DNA of 32,000 nucleotides from Candidatus Saccharimonadota bacterium (GTDB lineage: Bacteria; Patescibacteriota; Microgenomatia; UBA1406; GWC2-37-13), in contig CP065004.1 in the NCBI GenBank assembly GCA_016700135.1, positions 30,001-62,000 of the forward strand, in the 5' to 3' direction. A program made the translations under genes and the position numbers. Below the pieces are notes generated by a model. It was not told where the DNA came from. It saw nothing but the letters and a program-made list of their open reading frames with translations, and did not search any database. Every line of letters begins with the position of its first letter. Position 1 is the stretch's first letter. Shown here piece by piece: positions 1-9,048 of this stretch.

Positions 1-213
1 CTTAGGAGAAGGGAGTCTGCCGGAAGAAAAATGAGTTTTCTGCAGGTAGGCTTTTTTTTCCAATGCAACCATTTCATTACGGATCGTTGCCGGAGATACT
101 CCCAGTTTATATTTCTTTTCGATAATCTCCGAACCAACTGCCTGTCCGGTTTCGGTATGCTCTTTAATAATTGCCGTCAGAATATCAATTTGACGTTGTG
201 TTAGTTCATCCAT
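1..213 (-). CDS. hrcA: Heat-inducible transcription repressor HrcA, N-terminal 71 codons (gene runs off the window start)
   Basis: Reverse-complement translation from the ATG at 213-211 gives MDELTQRQIDILTAIIKEHTETGQAVGSEIIEKKYKLGVSPATIRNEMVALEKKAYLQKTHFSSGRLPSPK. The SPATIRNEM..LE...L.K.H.SSGR.PS pattern is the HrcA winged-helix N-terminus. It is absent from the ORF track because it is truncated by the window edge. Confidence 0.85.
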   Translation of the reverse strand, partial: MDELTQRQIDILTAIIKEHTETGQAVGSEIIEKKYKLGVSPATIRNEMVALEKKAYLQKTHFSSGRLPSPK

Positions 214-226
214 GTTGGTATACAAC

Positions 227-251
227 TAGCGATTAACGAAGAAAATTGCTA
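227..251 (-). promoter_or_regulatory. CIRCE-like inverted repeat just upstream of hrcA (candidate HrcA operator)
   Basis: The minus strand reads ATAGCAATT-ttcttcgtt-AATCGCTAG. The arms are 7/9 self-complementary with a 9-nt spacer. It matches the CIRCE consensus TTAGCACTC-N9-GAGTGCTAA at 11/18 positions and keeps the TAGCA...GCTA core. It ends 14 nt upstream of the hrcA ATG. Confidence 0.3.
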
Positions 252-372
252 TAACTTCTATCTTCCGATGATTTTCAAAGACAGAACAAACAATACAGGA
301 TATCAGTATCCTATATATTTCTTCATTATTAGCATTAATATAGCAACTCTGCTAATACATGTCAAGCAGATA

Positions 373-1398
373 TTATTTTGCAGGCAGAGAATCGACTTCT
401 TGATATACAAGTTCAGATACTTTCTTAATTGTCGCACTCAACCTCGTAAGATCTTCGCCGCTTGTCATGACACAGAGCAAATACGGACGCTCTGGATAAT
501 AAACGATTCCGCAATCATGGAGTTGTTGTGTCGCTCTTCCGTCTTCAGTCGTGTATCCTCTTTCTCCGAACTTATGAGCAAGAATAATATCGTCGGGAAT
601 CCCCGCACGAAGAGCACTAGTATATTCGACTTTAGAAAGGATACTTAGCGCCTGCTCTGAATACTCTCTTGTAAGGTAAGTGGCATTATACAAAATCCGG
701 AAAAATGAAGCATACTCCTTCACCGTCATAAAATCTTCGGTACTACGTACACCAGGAATAGTAATTCCCAAATCTACATATACCATATCCATATCAGATT
801 GTGGTAACTGACTGATTAATAGGAATTGTGATTGATTATCAGAGTTGATGATCATACGTGAAATCAGGTCAGATACTTTATACTTCTGATTCTCCAATAA
901 GGTTTCCGTAGGGACTATATTCTGGGTAAGGCTAACAGATGCAAAGTCATCCGAATGAAATTCCAAATCCTTTGATAAAAGAGTCGGATCTTTCTCTGCA
1001 AGTTTATAATAAACCATCATTACGGGTACCTTTAGAAGACTCGCAGGAGAGAAAGCTTCCTTCTCGTTCACTCCCACCCACGCACCGGTATTCATATCCC
1101 GGAAATAGACGGAAACCCTATCAACGTTTTCATTTTTCTCCTCTTCCTCTATTAAATCATTAATTTTGTATTCCAGTTTACGAAACGACGTGAATTCATC
1201 ATTTTGAAAAAATTCACAATCAAGTATCGGATTCGTGAATACTCCACTTGTCGGATCATGTAAAATCGAAGAAAATATGTGTGATTTTTCTTCAGTAATT
1301 GTGTAGATTCTAAAGCCTAAGACCCCAATAAACAGGCCGAAAAAAAACATTGATGCGAGTATAATAAAGTTTTTATACTTTTTAAGGAGATTTATCAT
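373..1398 (-). CDS. Membrane-anchored serine hydrolase, class A beta-lactamase / DD-peptidase-like
   Basis: 341-aa ORF with an N-terminal TM segment (FIILASMFFFGLFIGVLGF). It has SxxK (ASLLK), SDN (INSDNQ) and a degenerate KTG (HKFGE) in the canonical order. Confidence 0.65.
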   Translation of the reverse strand: MINLLKKYKNFIILASMFFFGLFIGVLGFRIYTITEEKSHIFSSILHDPTSGVFTNPILDCEFFQNDEFTSFRKLEYKINDLIEEEEKNENVDRVSVYFRDMNTGAWVGVNEKEAFSPASLLKVPVMMVYYKLAEKDPTLLSKDLEFHSDDFASVSLTQNIVPTETLLENQKYKVSDLISRMIINSDNQSQFLLISQLPQSDMDMVYVDLGITIPGVRSTEDFMTVKEYASFFRILYNATYLTREYSEQALSILSKVEYTSALRAGIPDDIILAHKFGERGYTTEDGRATQQLHDCGIVYYPERPYLLCVMTSGEDLTRLSATIKKVSELVYQEVDSLPAK

Positions 1399-1468
1399 AA
1401 AAAGATAGATAACAATTTCTCATTATAAAGGAGCCATATTAGAAAGCAATATATCAATTCACATCAGT

Positions 1469-2326
1469 ATGAAACAGCGAATCGGTGCACATCAGTCAAC
1501 ATCAGGAGGTTATCATAAGGCGCTTGAGAGCATTAATACCAAAGGAGGGAATTGTCTTCAAATATTTTCCAGTTCTCCTTTCACGTGGAGTCCGGCTCAG
1601 GTTGACAAAAAAACAACTGAGAAGTTCACCGCACTGAAAAACGAGCTTAAGATACGTCCTGTATACTTTCATGCTTTATATCTGGTCAATCTTGCTGATC
1701 CCGGCATCACCGGACAAAAATCAGTTGCAGCTCTTACTCATGAACTTGAGCTTGCTGCACGCCTTGAAGTTGTGGGAAGCATCGTGCACACGGGATCTTT
1801 TAAGAATAAAGATAAAACCGTTAGCTGCCGGGATGAACAATACTACCCGACTCTCCTAAAAAACATTAAAAAAGTCCTGTCTGAAACTCCTGATAATACC
1901 CTACTTATTTTGGAGAATGCCGGCAACAGAAAAATCGGACAAACAATTGATCAGCTTGCAGAAATAGTTGAAGATGTCAATGACCCTCGTGTAAGAATCT
2001 GTCTTGATACCTGTCATCTCCATGCAGCAGGATATGATCTCGTGAGCATGGAACAGTTTGAATCTTTCCTTGACGATTTTGAAAAAAAGATCGGGCTCAA
2101 TAAACTTGAAGTCATCCACATGAATGACAGCCGTGATAAGCTCAATGACCTGCGTGACCGTCATGAAAATATTGGGGAAGGATTTGTCGGACGTGATGTT
2201 TTTAAGAATTTTCTGAATCACCCGAAAACCTGTCATATCCCATTTATTATTGAGACACCTGGCTTTGACAGTAAGGGGCCTGATAAAGAAAATATTGACA
2301 TCCTCAAGAGTTTGATAACGCAATGA
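1469..2326 (+). CDS. nfo: Endonuclease IV (AP endonuclease family 2)
   Basis: 285 aa. IGAHQSTSGG, ILENAGN, RICLDTCHLHAAGYD, IHMNDS and RDRHENIGEG..IIETP align with the Nfo metal-binding motifs. Confidence 0.9.
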   Translation: MKQRIGAHQSTSGGYHKALESINTKGGNCLQIFSSSPFTWSPAQVDKKTTEKFTALKNELKIRPVYFHALYLVNLADPGITGQKSVAALTHELELAARLEVVGSIVHTGSFKNKDKTVSCRDEQYYPTLLKNIKKVLSETPDNTLLILENAGNRKIGQTIDQLAEIVEDVNDPRVRICLDTCHLHAAGYDLVSMEQFESFLDDFEKKIGLNKLEVIHMNDSRDKLNDLRDRHENIGEGFVGRDVFKNFLNHPKTCHIPFIIETPGFDSKGPDKENIDILKSLITQ

Positions 2327-3693
2327 AGTATAATAATCCCATGCTACACCTCCCCGAGAAAATCACAGACTTCATGAAGAAATTCCGTGATCAAAATTTT
2401 GAAATATTTATTGTCGGGGGAACGGTACGCGGACTTTTGATGGATGTTCCCGTCTCAGACTGGGATTTCACAACAAATGCTAAGCCTGAAGAAATCCGGA
2501 AGATGTTCCCGCACAGTTTCTACAATAATACATTCGGAACCGTTGGGATTCCGATAGAAATGGATGATACCCAACACATATTTGAAGTCACAACTTACAG
2601 AAAAGAGTCGGGATACACAAACGCACGCCACCCCGACGAAGTGACCTGGTCAGACACTATTACTGATGATTTAGCCCGTCGTGATTTTACTATCAATGCA
2701 ATCGCATACGACGGAGCACAAACAGTAGATCCTTACAACGGTCAAAACGATATTAAGGCAAAAGTAATTCGTGCAGTCGGTGATCCTGACATCCGGTTCG
2801 GAGAAGATGCATTGAGACTTATGAGAGCAGTACGTCAGGCAGCTCAGCTCGGATTTGAGATTGAAGAACATACATTGAAGTCAATACTGAAAAATGCAGA
2901 AAAAATAAATCAGATTTCAGGAGAACGTATCCGGGATGAATTTTTCAAACTGCTTGTATCTTCTCACTCCGCAGAAGGGATACTGCTTCTTCGCTCTACG
3001 GGAATACTGAAGCATATTCTTCCCGAGGTTGAGAAAAACTTCGATGTTGATCAAAAAAGCCCTGAGAGGCATCACATTTATGACGTGGGAACTCATCTTG
3101 TCGAATCACTGCGGAATTGTCCATCGGATGATGTCATAACACGCTTTGCGACACTGATTCACGATATCGGCAAGGCCGAAACATATCGTAAAGATCCGAA
3201 AACGGAGATTATCACCTTTTATAATCATGAAGTAGTCGGAGAAAAAATGGCAGCGGAGATTGCGGACCGATTTAAGCTTTCTAAGGATCAAAAGAAAAAA
3301 CTGGTTCTCCTTGTGCGGCACCATCAATTTACTGTCACGGAAGAGCAGACTGATAAGGCTATCAGAAGATTTATCAGGCAGATCGGAGTTGAGAACATCG
3401 ATGATATGCTTGCTCTGCGAACCGGAGACCGGCTCGGTTCAGGTTCCAAAGAAACTTCCTGGCGGACAGAACTTTTTAAAAAGCGTCTTGTAGAAGTTCA
3501 GAATGTCCCTTTCACAGTACATGACCTGAAAATCACAGGTCATGATGTGATGGAAGTTTTAGGGATCAAACCCGGACCGAAGATCGGAGACATTATGGAT
3601 CAGATTTTTGAGGAAGTAGATGATGAAAAGATACCAAATGAACGCGAAGCACTTCTTGCTCGCCTGCGGGAACTCAAAAATACAGATCAATAA
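2323..3693 (+). CDS. cca: CCA-adding tRNA nucleotidyltransferase with HD domain
   Basis: 456 aa. It has the class II nucleotidyltransferase head (IVGGTVRGLLMD..DWDF, RRDFTINA) and an HD motif (LIHDIGK). The start overlaps the nfo stop (ATGA). The tRNA-Tyr in this window does not encode CCA, which is consistent with needing this enzyme. Confidence 0.85.
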   Translation: MKYNNPMLHLPEKITDFMKKFRDQNFEIFIVGGTVRGLLMDVPVSDWDFTTNAKPEEIRKMFPHSFYNNTFGTVGIPIEMDDTQHIFEVTTYRKESGYTNARHPDEVTWSDTITDDLARRDFTINAIAYDGAQTVDPYNGQNDIKAKVIRAVGDPDIRFGEDALRLMRAVRQAAQLGFEIEEHTLKSILKNAEKINQISGERIRDEFFKLLVSSHSAEGILLLRSTGILKHILPEVEKNFDVDQKSPERHHIYDVGTHLVESLRNCPSDDVITRFATLIHDIGKAETYRKDPKTEIITFYNHEVVGEKMAAEIADRFKLSKDQKKKLVLLVRHHQFTVTEEQTDKAIRRFIRQIGVENIDDMLALRTGDRLGSGSKETSWRTELFKKRLVEVQNVPFTVHDLKITGHDVMEVLGIKPGPKIGDIMDQIFEEVDDEKIPNEREALLARLRELKNTDQ

Positions 3694-4297
3694 TTCCTTT
3701 TTCATAATCCACGAGTGTTTCTTCCCCATGCCCCGGAAATATTCTTGTTTCTACGGGTAGCTTCAGTATTTTTTTAAGTGATTTTTTCAGTTCATCTTTG
3801 TCACTATATGAAAAGTCATATCTCCCGATACTGTTTTGAAACAAAGTATCACCGCTAAACAACAATCCCTGATTTTGGAAGTACAGACAGATACTCCCGG
3901 GCGTATGACCCGGGGTGTGTATCACCTCAAAACTGAAATCATCGATATTAAATGCTCCCTCAGGAAGATCAGCAGTAAGCCTGACAGGAACAACTGTCGG
4001 ATCAAATCCTAAAAAATGCCTGGCTGTTTCCGGAAGCCGTTCAAGAAGGAATGTGTCTTTTTTGTTTATGTGAAGTGACAGATGTGGATACGACATCTGT
4101 ATTTCCCCCACTGCCATAACATGATCAAAATGCCCGTGTGTGGCAATGATTCCGATAAGTTCAAGATTTTGCCTTTGTATTTGTTCAAGAATAAAATCGG
4201 CGGAATCGGCAGGGTCGATAAGAAGTGCTTTCCCCTCTTCTTCAAGAAGGTAACAATTCGCCTGCATCTGCCCGAGAGAGAAGGATTGGATTTTCAT
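3674..4297 (-). CDS. MBL-fold metallo-hydrolase (glyoxalase II-like)
   Basis: 207 aa with the THGHFDHV metal-binding motif and a later HTPGHTPGS motif. Its 3' end overlaps the cca 3' end by 20 nt (convergent). Confidence 0.8.
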   Translation of the reverse strand: MKIQSFSLGQMQANCYLLEEEGKALLIDPADSADFILEQIQRQNLELIGIIATHGHFDHVMAVGEIQMSYPHLSLHINKKDTFLLERLPETARHFLGFDPTVVPVRLTADLPEGAFNIDDFSFEVIHTPGHTPGSICLYFQNQGLLFSGDTLFQNSIGRYDFSYSDKDELKKSLKKILKLPVETRIFPGHGEETLVDYEKGIIDLYF

Positions 4298-4299
4298 GA

Positions 4300-5172
4300 T
4301 TACTTGCTCAGCCTTCGCTTCTCAAGCCAGACTGCAACCGGAGTTGCAACAAAAGGAGATGAATAAGTACCGGTAATAGTCCCGATAAGAAGCGCAACTG
4401 CAAAATACCGGACCGTAACTCCGCCCAAAAGGACAAGGGCAAGGAGCATAAACATGATAGTAAACGAATTATTCAGCGAGCGAACCATCGTGTCAGTCAG
4501 TGCTTTATTTGCAAATTCTTCAATATGCCCTACACCATGCTTCTTCCGGTATTCTCTGATCTGATCAAAAACGACAATCGTATCATGAACTGAAAATGAC
4601 ATGGTTGTCAAAAGAGCCGTGACAAACAACGTGTCAAGCTCCGCTCCGAAAAAGTGTGAAATGATTGAGTATGTGCCGACAACGACAAGTACGTCGTGAA
4701 GCAATGCAGTAATTGCTGCAAGTGCAAAATTAACATTCCTAAACGCCCAGGCAATGTAAAGTAGGATTCCGACAACGGCAATCCCTGCAGCAATTGCGGT
4801 TTTTCTCAATGTTTCAGCACCGATGGTCGGTCCGACCGTTTCGGTACGGATAACCGTAATTTCACTTTCCAGACTGTTTTGCAAAACCTGACGGAGAGAG
4901 TCTTCTTTCTGTTCGTCTATTGCAGACAGTCTGATAAAAAAAGTATTATCCGTGCGCTGTTCGAGGGTCACTATTTCCACATCTGATTGCTCCAATACTT
5001 CCTCTACCTGCTGTTTCGTCACTCCCGGATTGAATTGATACTCCAGATTGGTGCCGCCTACAAAATCGATAGAGTACACGTACCCCCATTTCCAAATCGA
5101 AAACAGCCCGAGCAGAATGACTGTTGCCGATACTGCAGCATATATTTTCCAGTATTTAATAAAATCGAACAT
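4300..5172 (-). CDS. secF: Protein translocase subunit SecF
   Basis: 290 aa. Multi-TM protein with the conserved SecF C-terminal membrane domain (FSVHDTIVVFDQIRE), immediately downstream of secD. Confidence 0.9.
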   Translation of the reverse strand: MFDFIKYWKIYAAVSATVILLGLFSIWKWGYVYSIDFVGGTNLEYQFNPGVTKQQVEEVLEQSDVEIVTLEQRTDNTFFIRLSAIDEQKEDSLRQVLQNSLESEITVIRTETVGPTIGAETLRKTAIAAGIAVVGILLYIAWAFRNVNFALAAITALLHDVLVVVGTYSIISHFFGAELDTLFVTALLTTMSFSVHDTIVVFDQIREYRKKHGVGHIEEFANKALTDTMVRSLNNSFTIMFMLLALVLLGGVTVRYFAVALLIGTITGTYSSPFVATPVAVWLEKRRLSK

Positions 5173-5175
5173 AGT

Positions 5176-6531
5176 CTATTTATACGTATAAAAGGTTTTA
5201 ATAAGTCTATTTGTGATGACTACACCGGTAAATAGGCTCGTCGCAACTCCGACGGCAAGAGTCAAAGCAAATCCCCTCACTAAACCGAACTGCGGAAGAA
5301 ATTCCCAATTCAACGGATTAAAGAGAATAAAGGCTACCAGCAATGTGGTGACATTGGCATCTTTAATAGCGTCAATTGCACGACCGAATCCGATTCGGAT
5401 AGCTGCTTCAAATGATTTTCCCTTTCGCTGCTCTTCCTTGATTCTCTCAAAAATAAGAATATTCGAATCAACTGCCATACCGATCGAAAGAAGAAAACCG
5501 GCTACTCCCGGAAGCGTCAGAACGATCGGAATAGCACGGAAAATCGCAAAGGTGATAAGGCCGTAGATAATAAGCCCGATCCCGGCAATAACTCCGAGCC
5601 TGCCGTAATAGGCTATCATGAAAGTAAGCACCATTCCCAGTCCGACGATCCCGGCAATAACACTTCTCTGGACTTCTACCGCTCCGAGCGACGGACCGAT
5701 GCTCCTCTGTTCAACGAGTTTGATCGGAAGAGGAAGCGCGCCTGAATTGATTGCAGTTGCAAGTTGTTTGGCATCTTCTACACGGAAATTTCCGGAGATG
5801 ACCGCATTCCCGTCCCGAATTTCCTGCTGTACAACAGGTGCAGATATGAGTATCTCATCAAGATATATCCCTACGGGTTCGCCGACATTGCGTTTGGTGA
5901 TCTCTGCAAACTTCTTTTTCCCCTCAGCCGTAAAATCCAACTGCACCTGAGGCTGACCGTTCTGCTGATCAAAAACGACCGTTGCCTTTGTGACGTCTTT
6001 TCCAGTCAGTCCGGTTTCCTGCCTAAGATTCAGAAATGCAAGTCCCGCGCTTTGAGTCGCCTCTTCTTCCGTTTGCTCGCCTTTTTCCTTAAAATGAAGC
6101 TGCGCTGTCTGTCCGATCAGAGACGACGCCTGAGCGACATCCGTCACACCCGGGAGATCGACTTCAATCCGATATATCTCTCCTGACTGGACAGTCCTGA
6201 CAACGGGTTCGGATACGCCGAACATATTGACACGGCGTTCAATAATATCACGTGAAGATGTCAAAGCATCTTCAAGATCTGCAGAAGAAACTTTTGAAGT
6301 ATCGGCTTCAAAAACGAGATGGCTTCCTCCCTTCAAATCCAAACCAAGCTGAGTTTTAAATTCCTTTCGGATAATCCGATCTCCAAGCTGCATAGTAAAC
6401 GCAAGAGTCGGGATTCTGGTATTTACTTCACGGCCGAATGCATTAAATCTGATCGGAATCGGACGGGGAAGATCTATCCATAAGATAAGCAAGGCAAGCA
6501 GTGCGATAAAAAGGTACTTTATGTATTTCAT
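5176..6531 (-). CDS. secD: Protein translocase subunit SecD
   Basis: 451 aa. LGLDLKGG, GPSLG and the LLSIGMAVDSNILIFERIKEE motifs are typical of SecD. It is adjacent to secF. Confidence 0.9.
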   Translation of the reverse strand: MKYIKYLFIALLALLILWIDLPRPIPIRFNAFGREVNTRIPTLAFTMQLGDRIIRKEFKTQLGLDLKGGSHLVFEADTSKVSSADLEDALTSSRDIIERRVNMFGVSEPVVRTVQSGEIYRIEVDLPGVTDVAQASSLIGQTAQLHFKEKGEQTEEEATQSAGLAFLNLRQETGLTGKDVTKATVVFDQQNGQPQVQLDFTAEGKKKFAEITKRNVGEPVGIYLDEILISAPVVQQEIRDGNAVISGNFRVEDAKQLATAINSGALPLPIKLVEQRSIGPSLGAVEVQRSVIAGIVGLGMVLTFMIAYYGRLGVIAGIGLIIYGLITFAIFRAIPIVLTLPGVAGFLLSIGMAVDSNILIFERIKEEQRKGKSFEAAIRIGFGRAIDAIKDANVTTLLVAFILFNPLNWEFLPQFGLVRGFALTLAVGVATSLFTGVVITNRLIKTFYTYK

Positions 6532-6540
6532 AATCTCTTA

Positions 6541-7116
6541 TTATTTCAATAGTTCCTCTTCCTGGCCGACAAGCATGATCTTCGGCTGTTTCAGGAATTT
6601 CCAAATGAAAGGATCATTATTACGTTTTCTGAACTGAAGTTCATCCTCCTGCATGACGGTATAATTGATATCCCAGCCGAGGTCCTTTTTTGCCGCCTGC
6701 ATTATACTTTCAACTTCAGGAATGACGACAATACCCACGAGAAGTACATAAATTTCGTCTTCTTTAACTGCGATCTTCTTTGAAAATTTTGTCGATACGG
6801 CAATAAATTTGATCTTCCCGAGACGGCTGATATTTTTATAAATCAGCTGAGCAAGCGTCGTCTGCTTGGTAAATATTCTCAGGAACTCATCAAAAAGAGG
6901 GAAATTCTTATTAAGAGCATAAAATACTTTATTTGTACGCCGTTCGCGGGTAAGGACTTTGGATTCATGGAGAATATCAAGTTCGCGCTTGACGGCGTTT
7001 ACCTCTTCATCAGTCAATCTCACAATTTCTCGCAGATAATACGTTTGATCAATATTATGGTAGTAAAGTTCAAGTATTTTCCTGCGTACTTTTGACGGTA
7101 TGAGATTTTCTAACAT
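6541..7116 (-). CDS. Putative winged-helix DNA-binding protein
   Basis: 191 aa. The N-terminal RRKILELYY...YYLREIVRLTDEEVNAVKRELDILHESKVL resembles an ArsR/MarR-type wHTH. The C-terminal half is not recognised. Confidence 0.4.
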   Translation of the reverse strand: MLENLIPSKVRRKILELYYHNIDQTYYLREIVRLTDEEVNAVKRELDILHESKVLTRERRTNKVFYALNKNFPLFDEFLRIFTKQTTLAQLIYKNISRLGKIKFIAVSTKFSKKIAVKEDEIYVLLVGIVVIPEVESIMQAAKKDLGWDINYTVMQEDELQFRKRNNDPFIWKFLKQPKIMLVGQEEELLK

Positions 7117-7149
7117 AATCGCTTCAATTAATTAGTCCAATTATAATGC

Positions 7150-8301
7150 TTAATAGGTAACTTTGTTGCCTGAAGGAAGGATCGAAATCCAGATCTGTCC
7201 GCGGACAAGATCAATTTCCTTCCCCTTCGAGTCATAAAAACGCATCATATCGGTGGCTTTCGGCTTTTTCCACGTACCTTCTATAGCTTCACCGTTCTGG
7301 AAAATAATGGCATCATCGGAACCGATAACATCATACAGCATATGTTCTCCGTGCTCGTAGCCGTCATTTGCGACACTTTCATTTGCAAAAGCAACGATAA
7401 CATTTTTGGATGCTAATTGTTCTTCCGTATTTTTATCTACATGAGGGTCTCCGCCGTTAACACGCTTGTAGCTATTGGTTACGGCGTCATAATTCCACTG
7501 GACTGTATATGCCGAACCCAGGTTGTTGTCCCAGAAGTCATAGTTGATCTTTGCTACATCTCCGCGCGATCCTTCTTTTGCATCATCCTGGAAATTCCAC
7601 GGTTCCCAGTCTTCGTCCCACGCGACACCATCTTCATCAACGTTTGTAAGGTCTCTATTTTTGGCGGCATAATCCCAGAGCTTCAATGTATTTGTATATA
7701 CCGTGTGTTCAGTCGCCCGTCCGGGAAGACGATCATAATCCCTCCAGTAATTCGGGAACGGTACGGCAAACTGGTCCATATCATTGTATCCGAACCAACC
7801 GAGTTTTTTGATCTCACCCAGGGCATCTGCCGGTCCCGGAGTGTTTGCACCGCCGACATGACCGTAAAGAGGGTTATTGCCGTATCCCTGCAGCAGTCTT
7901 ATAAAATAAATACGTGCCGATCGCACCGATCCGACAATTTTCGATTCATCGCAGTAATACATAACAAGAAAACGGGTTATTCCGCCTTCCGCGACTGCTT
8001 CATGGACGATATCAGCGCTCGACAATCCCGATTGAGGTCTTGCTTCAGTATTGTTTTGTACCATAATACCGAGAGGTCTCCTTTTCTCCCATTTCGCACG
8101 CTGATTTTTAGAATACATTTTACCGTTGAGAGGACATTCTTCAGTCTTGGGGGCAGTATCAACAACGTTGCCGTCTGCATCGACGACAGGAGCTTCATAT
8201 TCAGAAGTATCAACTGTATTTGCACTGAAGTATTTGTAAGATCCGAAACTGGTCACCAGATAAATTACCGCACCGACAATCAATATAATTTTTTTGTTCA
8301 T
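7150..8301 (-). CDS. DUF3048 (YerB-like) envelope protein
   Basis: 383 aa with an N-terminal TM/signal anchor. RPLGIMVQNNTEARPQSGLSSADIVHEAVAEGGITRFLVMYY matches my memory of the DUF3048 signature. Confidence 0.65.
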   Translation of the reverse strand: MNKKIILIVGAVIYLVTSFGSYKYFSANTVDTSEYEAPVVDADGNVVDTAPKTEECPLNGKMYSKNQRAKWEKRRPLGIMVQNNTEARPQSGLSSADIVHEAVAEGGITRFLVMYYCDESKIVGSVRSARIYFIRLLQGYGNNPLYGHVGGANTPGPADALGEIKKLGWFGYNDMDQFAVPFPNYWRDYDRLPGRATEHTVYTNTLKLWDYAAKNRDLTNVDEDGVAWDEDWEPWNFQDDAKEGSRGDVAKINYDFWDNNLGSAYTVQWNYDAVTNSYKRVNGGDPHVDKNTEEQLASKNVIVAFANESVANDGYEHGEHMLYDVIGSDDAIIFQNGEAIEGTWKKPKATDMMRFYDSKGKEIDLVRGQIWISILPSGNKVTY

Positions 8302-8403
8302 GTAAAGGATATCTCAAATAATAATGACTACAGTTACATCTGTATGAACATTGTAATACATTTTTTTATGTGTTTCCTGAAAAAAACAGTGCTCTACTCA
8401 AAT

Positions 8404-8471
8404 AAAAAAATTAAGGCTTTGTAAAGCCTTAATTCTCATAAACATTCGTAATTCCCCGTTCCCATAAGACG
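8404..8471 (-). ncRNA. Candidate ~68-nt small RNA or terminated 5' leader (attenuator) upstream of the DUF3048 gene
   Basis: A near-consensus promoter at 8478-8506 is followed about 40 nt later by a strong intrinsic terminator. The terminator has an 11-bp stem AATTAAGGCTT/AAGCCTTAATT (8409-8434), loop TACA, and a T-run on the minus strand. Only a 9-codon ORF (MGTGNYECL) lies inside. Confidence 0.35.
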
Positions 8472-8477
8472 AAGGTC

Positions 8478-8506
8478 ATTGTAACCTCTTGCATATGGAC
8501 TGTCAA
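8478..8506 (-). promoter_or_regulatory. Sigma70-type promoter (TTGACA-17-TACAAT)
   Basis: On the minus strand the -35 TTGACA is at 8506-8501, the spacer is 17 nt, and the -10 TACAAT is at 8483-8478. Confidence 0.5.
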
Positions 8507-8517
8507 TATGATTAAAT
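8489..8517 (+). promoter_or_regulatory. Promoter for the 8524 gene (TTGCAT-17-TTAAAT), likely leaderless
   Basis: The -35 TTGCAT is at 8489-8494, the spacer is 17 nt, and the -10 TTAAAT is at 8512-8517. Only 6 nt separate the -10 from the ATG at 8524. It overlaps the divergent minus-strand promoter. Confidence 0.4.
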
Positions 8518-8523
8518 GTCATC

Positions 8524-8829
8524 ATGCCTAAGAAAACTAAAAAACAAAAAATCGAGGCACAGCGTCACCGTCTTCAAAAAAAGCAGGAAGTGATCCGACC
8601 GACTTCCGTTCAGACAGAGCCAAAGGAATCTACACCCTTACCTGCTGTCCAAAAAAAGCACCCGGAAACAAAACCCGTATTCCTCCAAGAGGAACAGAAT
8701 ACCGCATATTTTCGCAATGATCTTTTGAAATCTCTTATGATTACTATGATTATCGTCTGCGTGCAGGTCGCTCTATATGTAGCGCAAATTTCGGGAGCTA
8801 TCGATATTACCAATTTAATAACATTTTAA
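8524..8829 (+). CDS. Hypothetical tail-anchored membrane protein with basic N-terminus
   Basis: 101 aa. The N-terminal half is Lys/Arg/Gln-rich and there is one C-terminal TM segment (LMITMIIVCVQVALYVAQI). No family recognised. Confidence 0.55.
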   Translation: MPKKTKKQKIEAQRHRLQKKQEVIRPTSVQTEPKESTPLPAVQKKHPETKPVFLQEEQNTAYFRNDLLKSLMITMIIVCVQVALYVAQISGAIDITNLITF

Positions 8830-8851
8830 TTTCGGAAAGGAGGTGAACAGT

Positions 8852-9043
8852 ATGGACATTGAGTTTTATGACGTAAAAAACCGACGAAAAGTTTCTATTC
8901 CTTCTTCACAGGTTGAAAAAGTAACTTATGAAAGAGAAACAAAAAGTGGAGACAAGCAAATTCGTTATGCAGTAAAAGCTGAAAAAGACGGCGTCAAACT
9001 GACCAAATTCGTCAGCAAAGAAACATGGGATAGTATTTCATAA
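8852..9043 (+). CDS. Small (63 aa) mildly basic, beta-rich protein; possibly nucleic-acid binding
   Basis: The ATG at 8852 is preceded by the strongest SD in the window (AAGGAGGTG, 8837-8845, 6-nt spacing). The track ORF starts at an upstream GTG (8843) that lies inside the SD. By my count the protein has 14 K/R against 11 D/E. Confidence 0.7.
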   Translation: MDIEFYDVKNRRKVSIPSSQVEKVTYERETKSGDKQIRYAVKAEKDGVKLTKFVSKETWDSIS

Positions 9044-9048
9044 CTATC

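Noticed and set aside
268-648. 126-aa plus-strand ORF
   Set aside because: It largely overlaps, in antisense, the 3' part of the serine-hydrolase gene (373-1398), which has ordered SxxK/SDN motifs. Its composition (Ile/Phe/Arg/Cys-rich) is typical of a shadow frame.
7417-8424. 335-aa plus-strand ORF, long enough to look real
   Set aside because: It is entirely antisense to the DUF3048 gene, which has a clear family signature. The sequence is Cys/Phe/Ile/Arg-rich with no motifs and is best explained as a shadow ORF.
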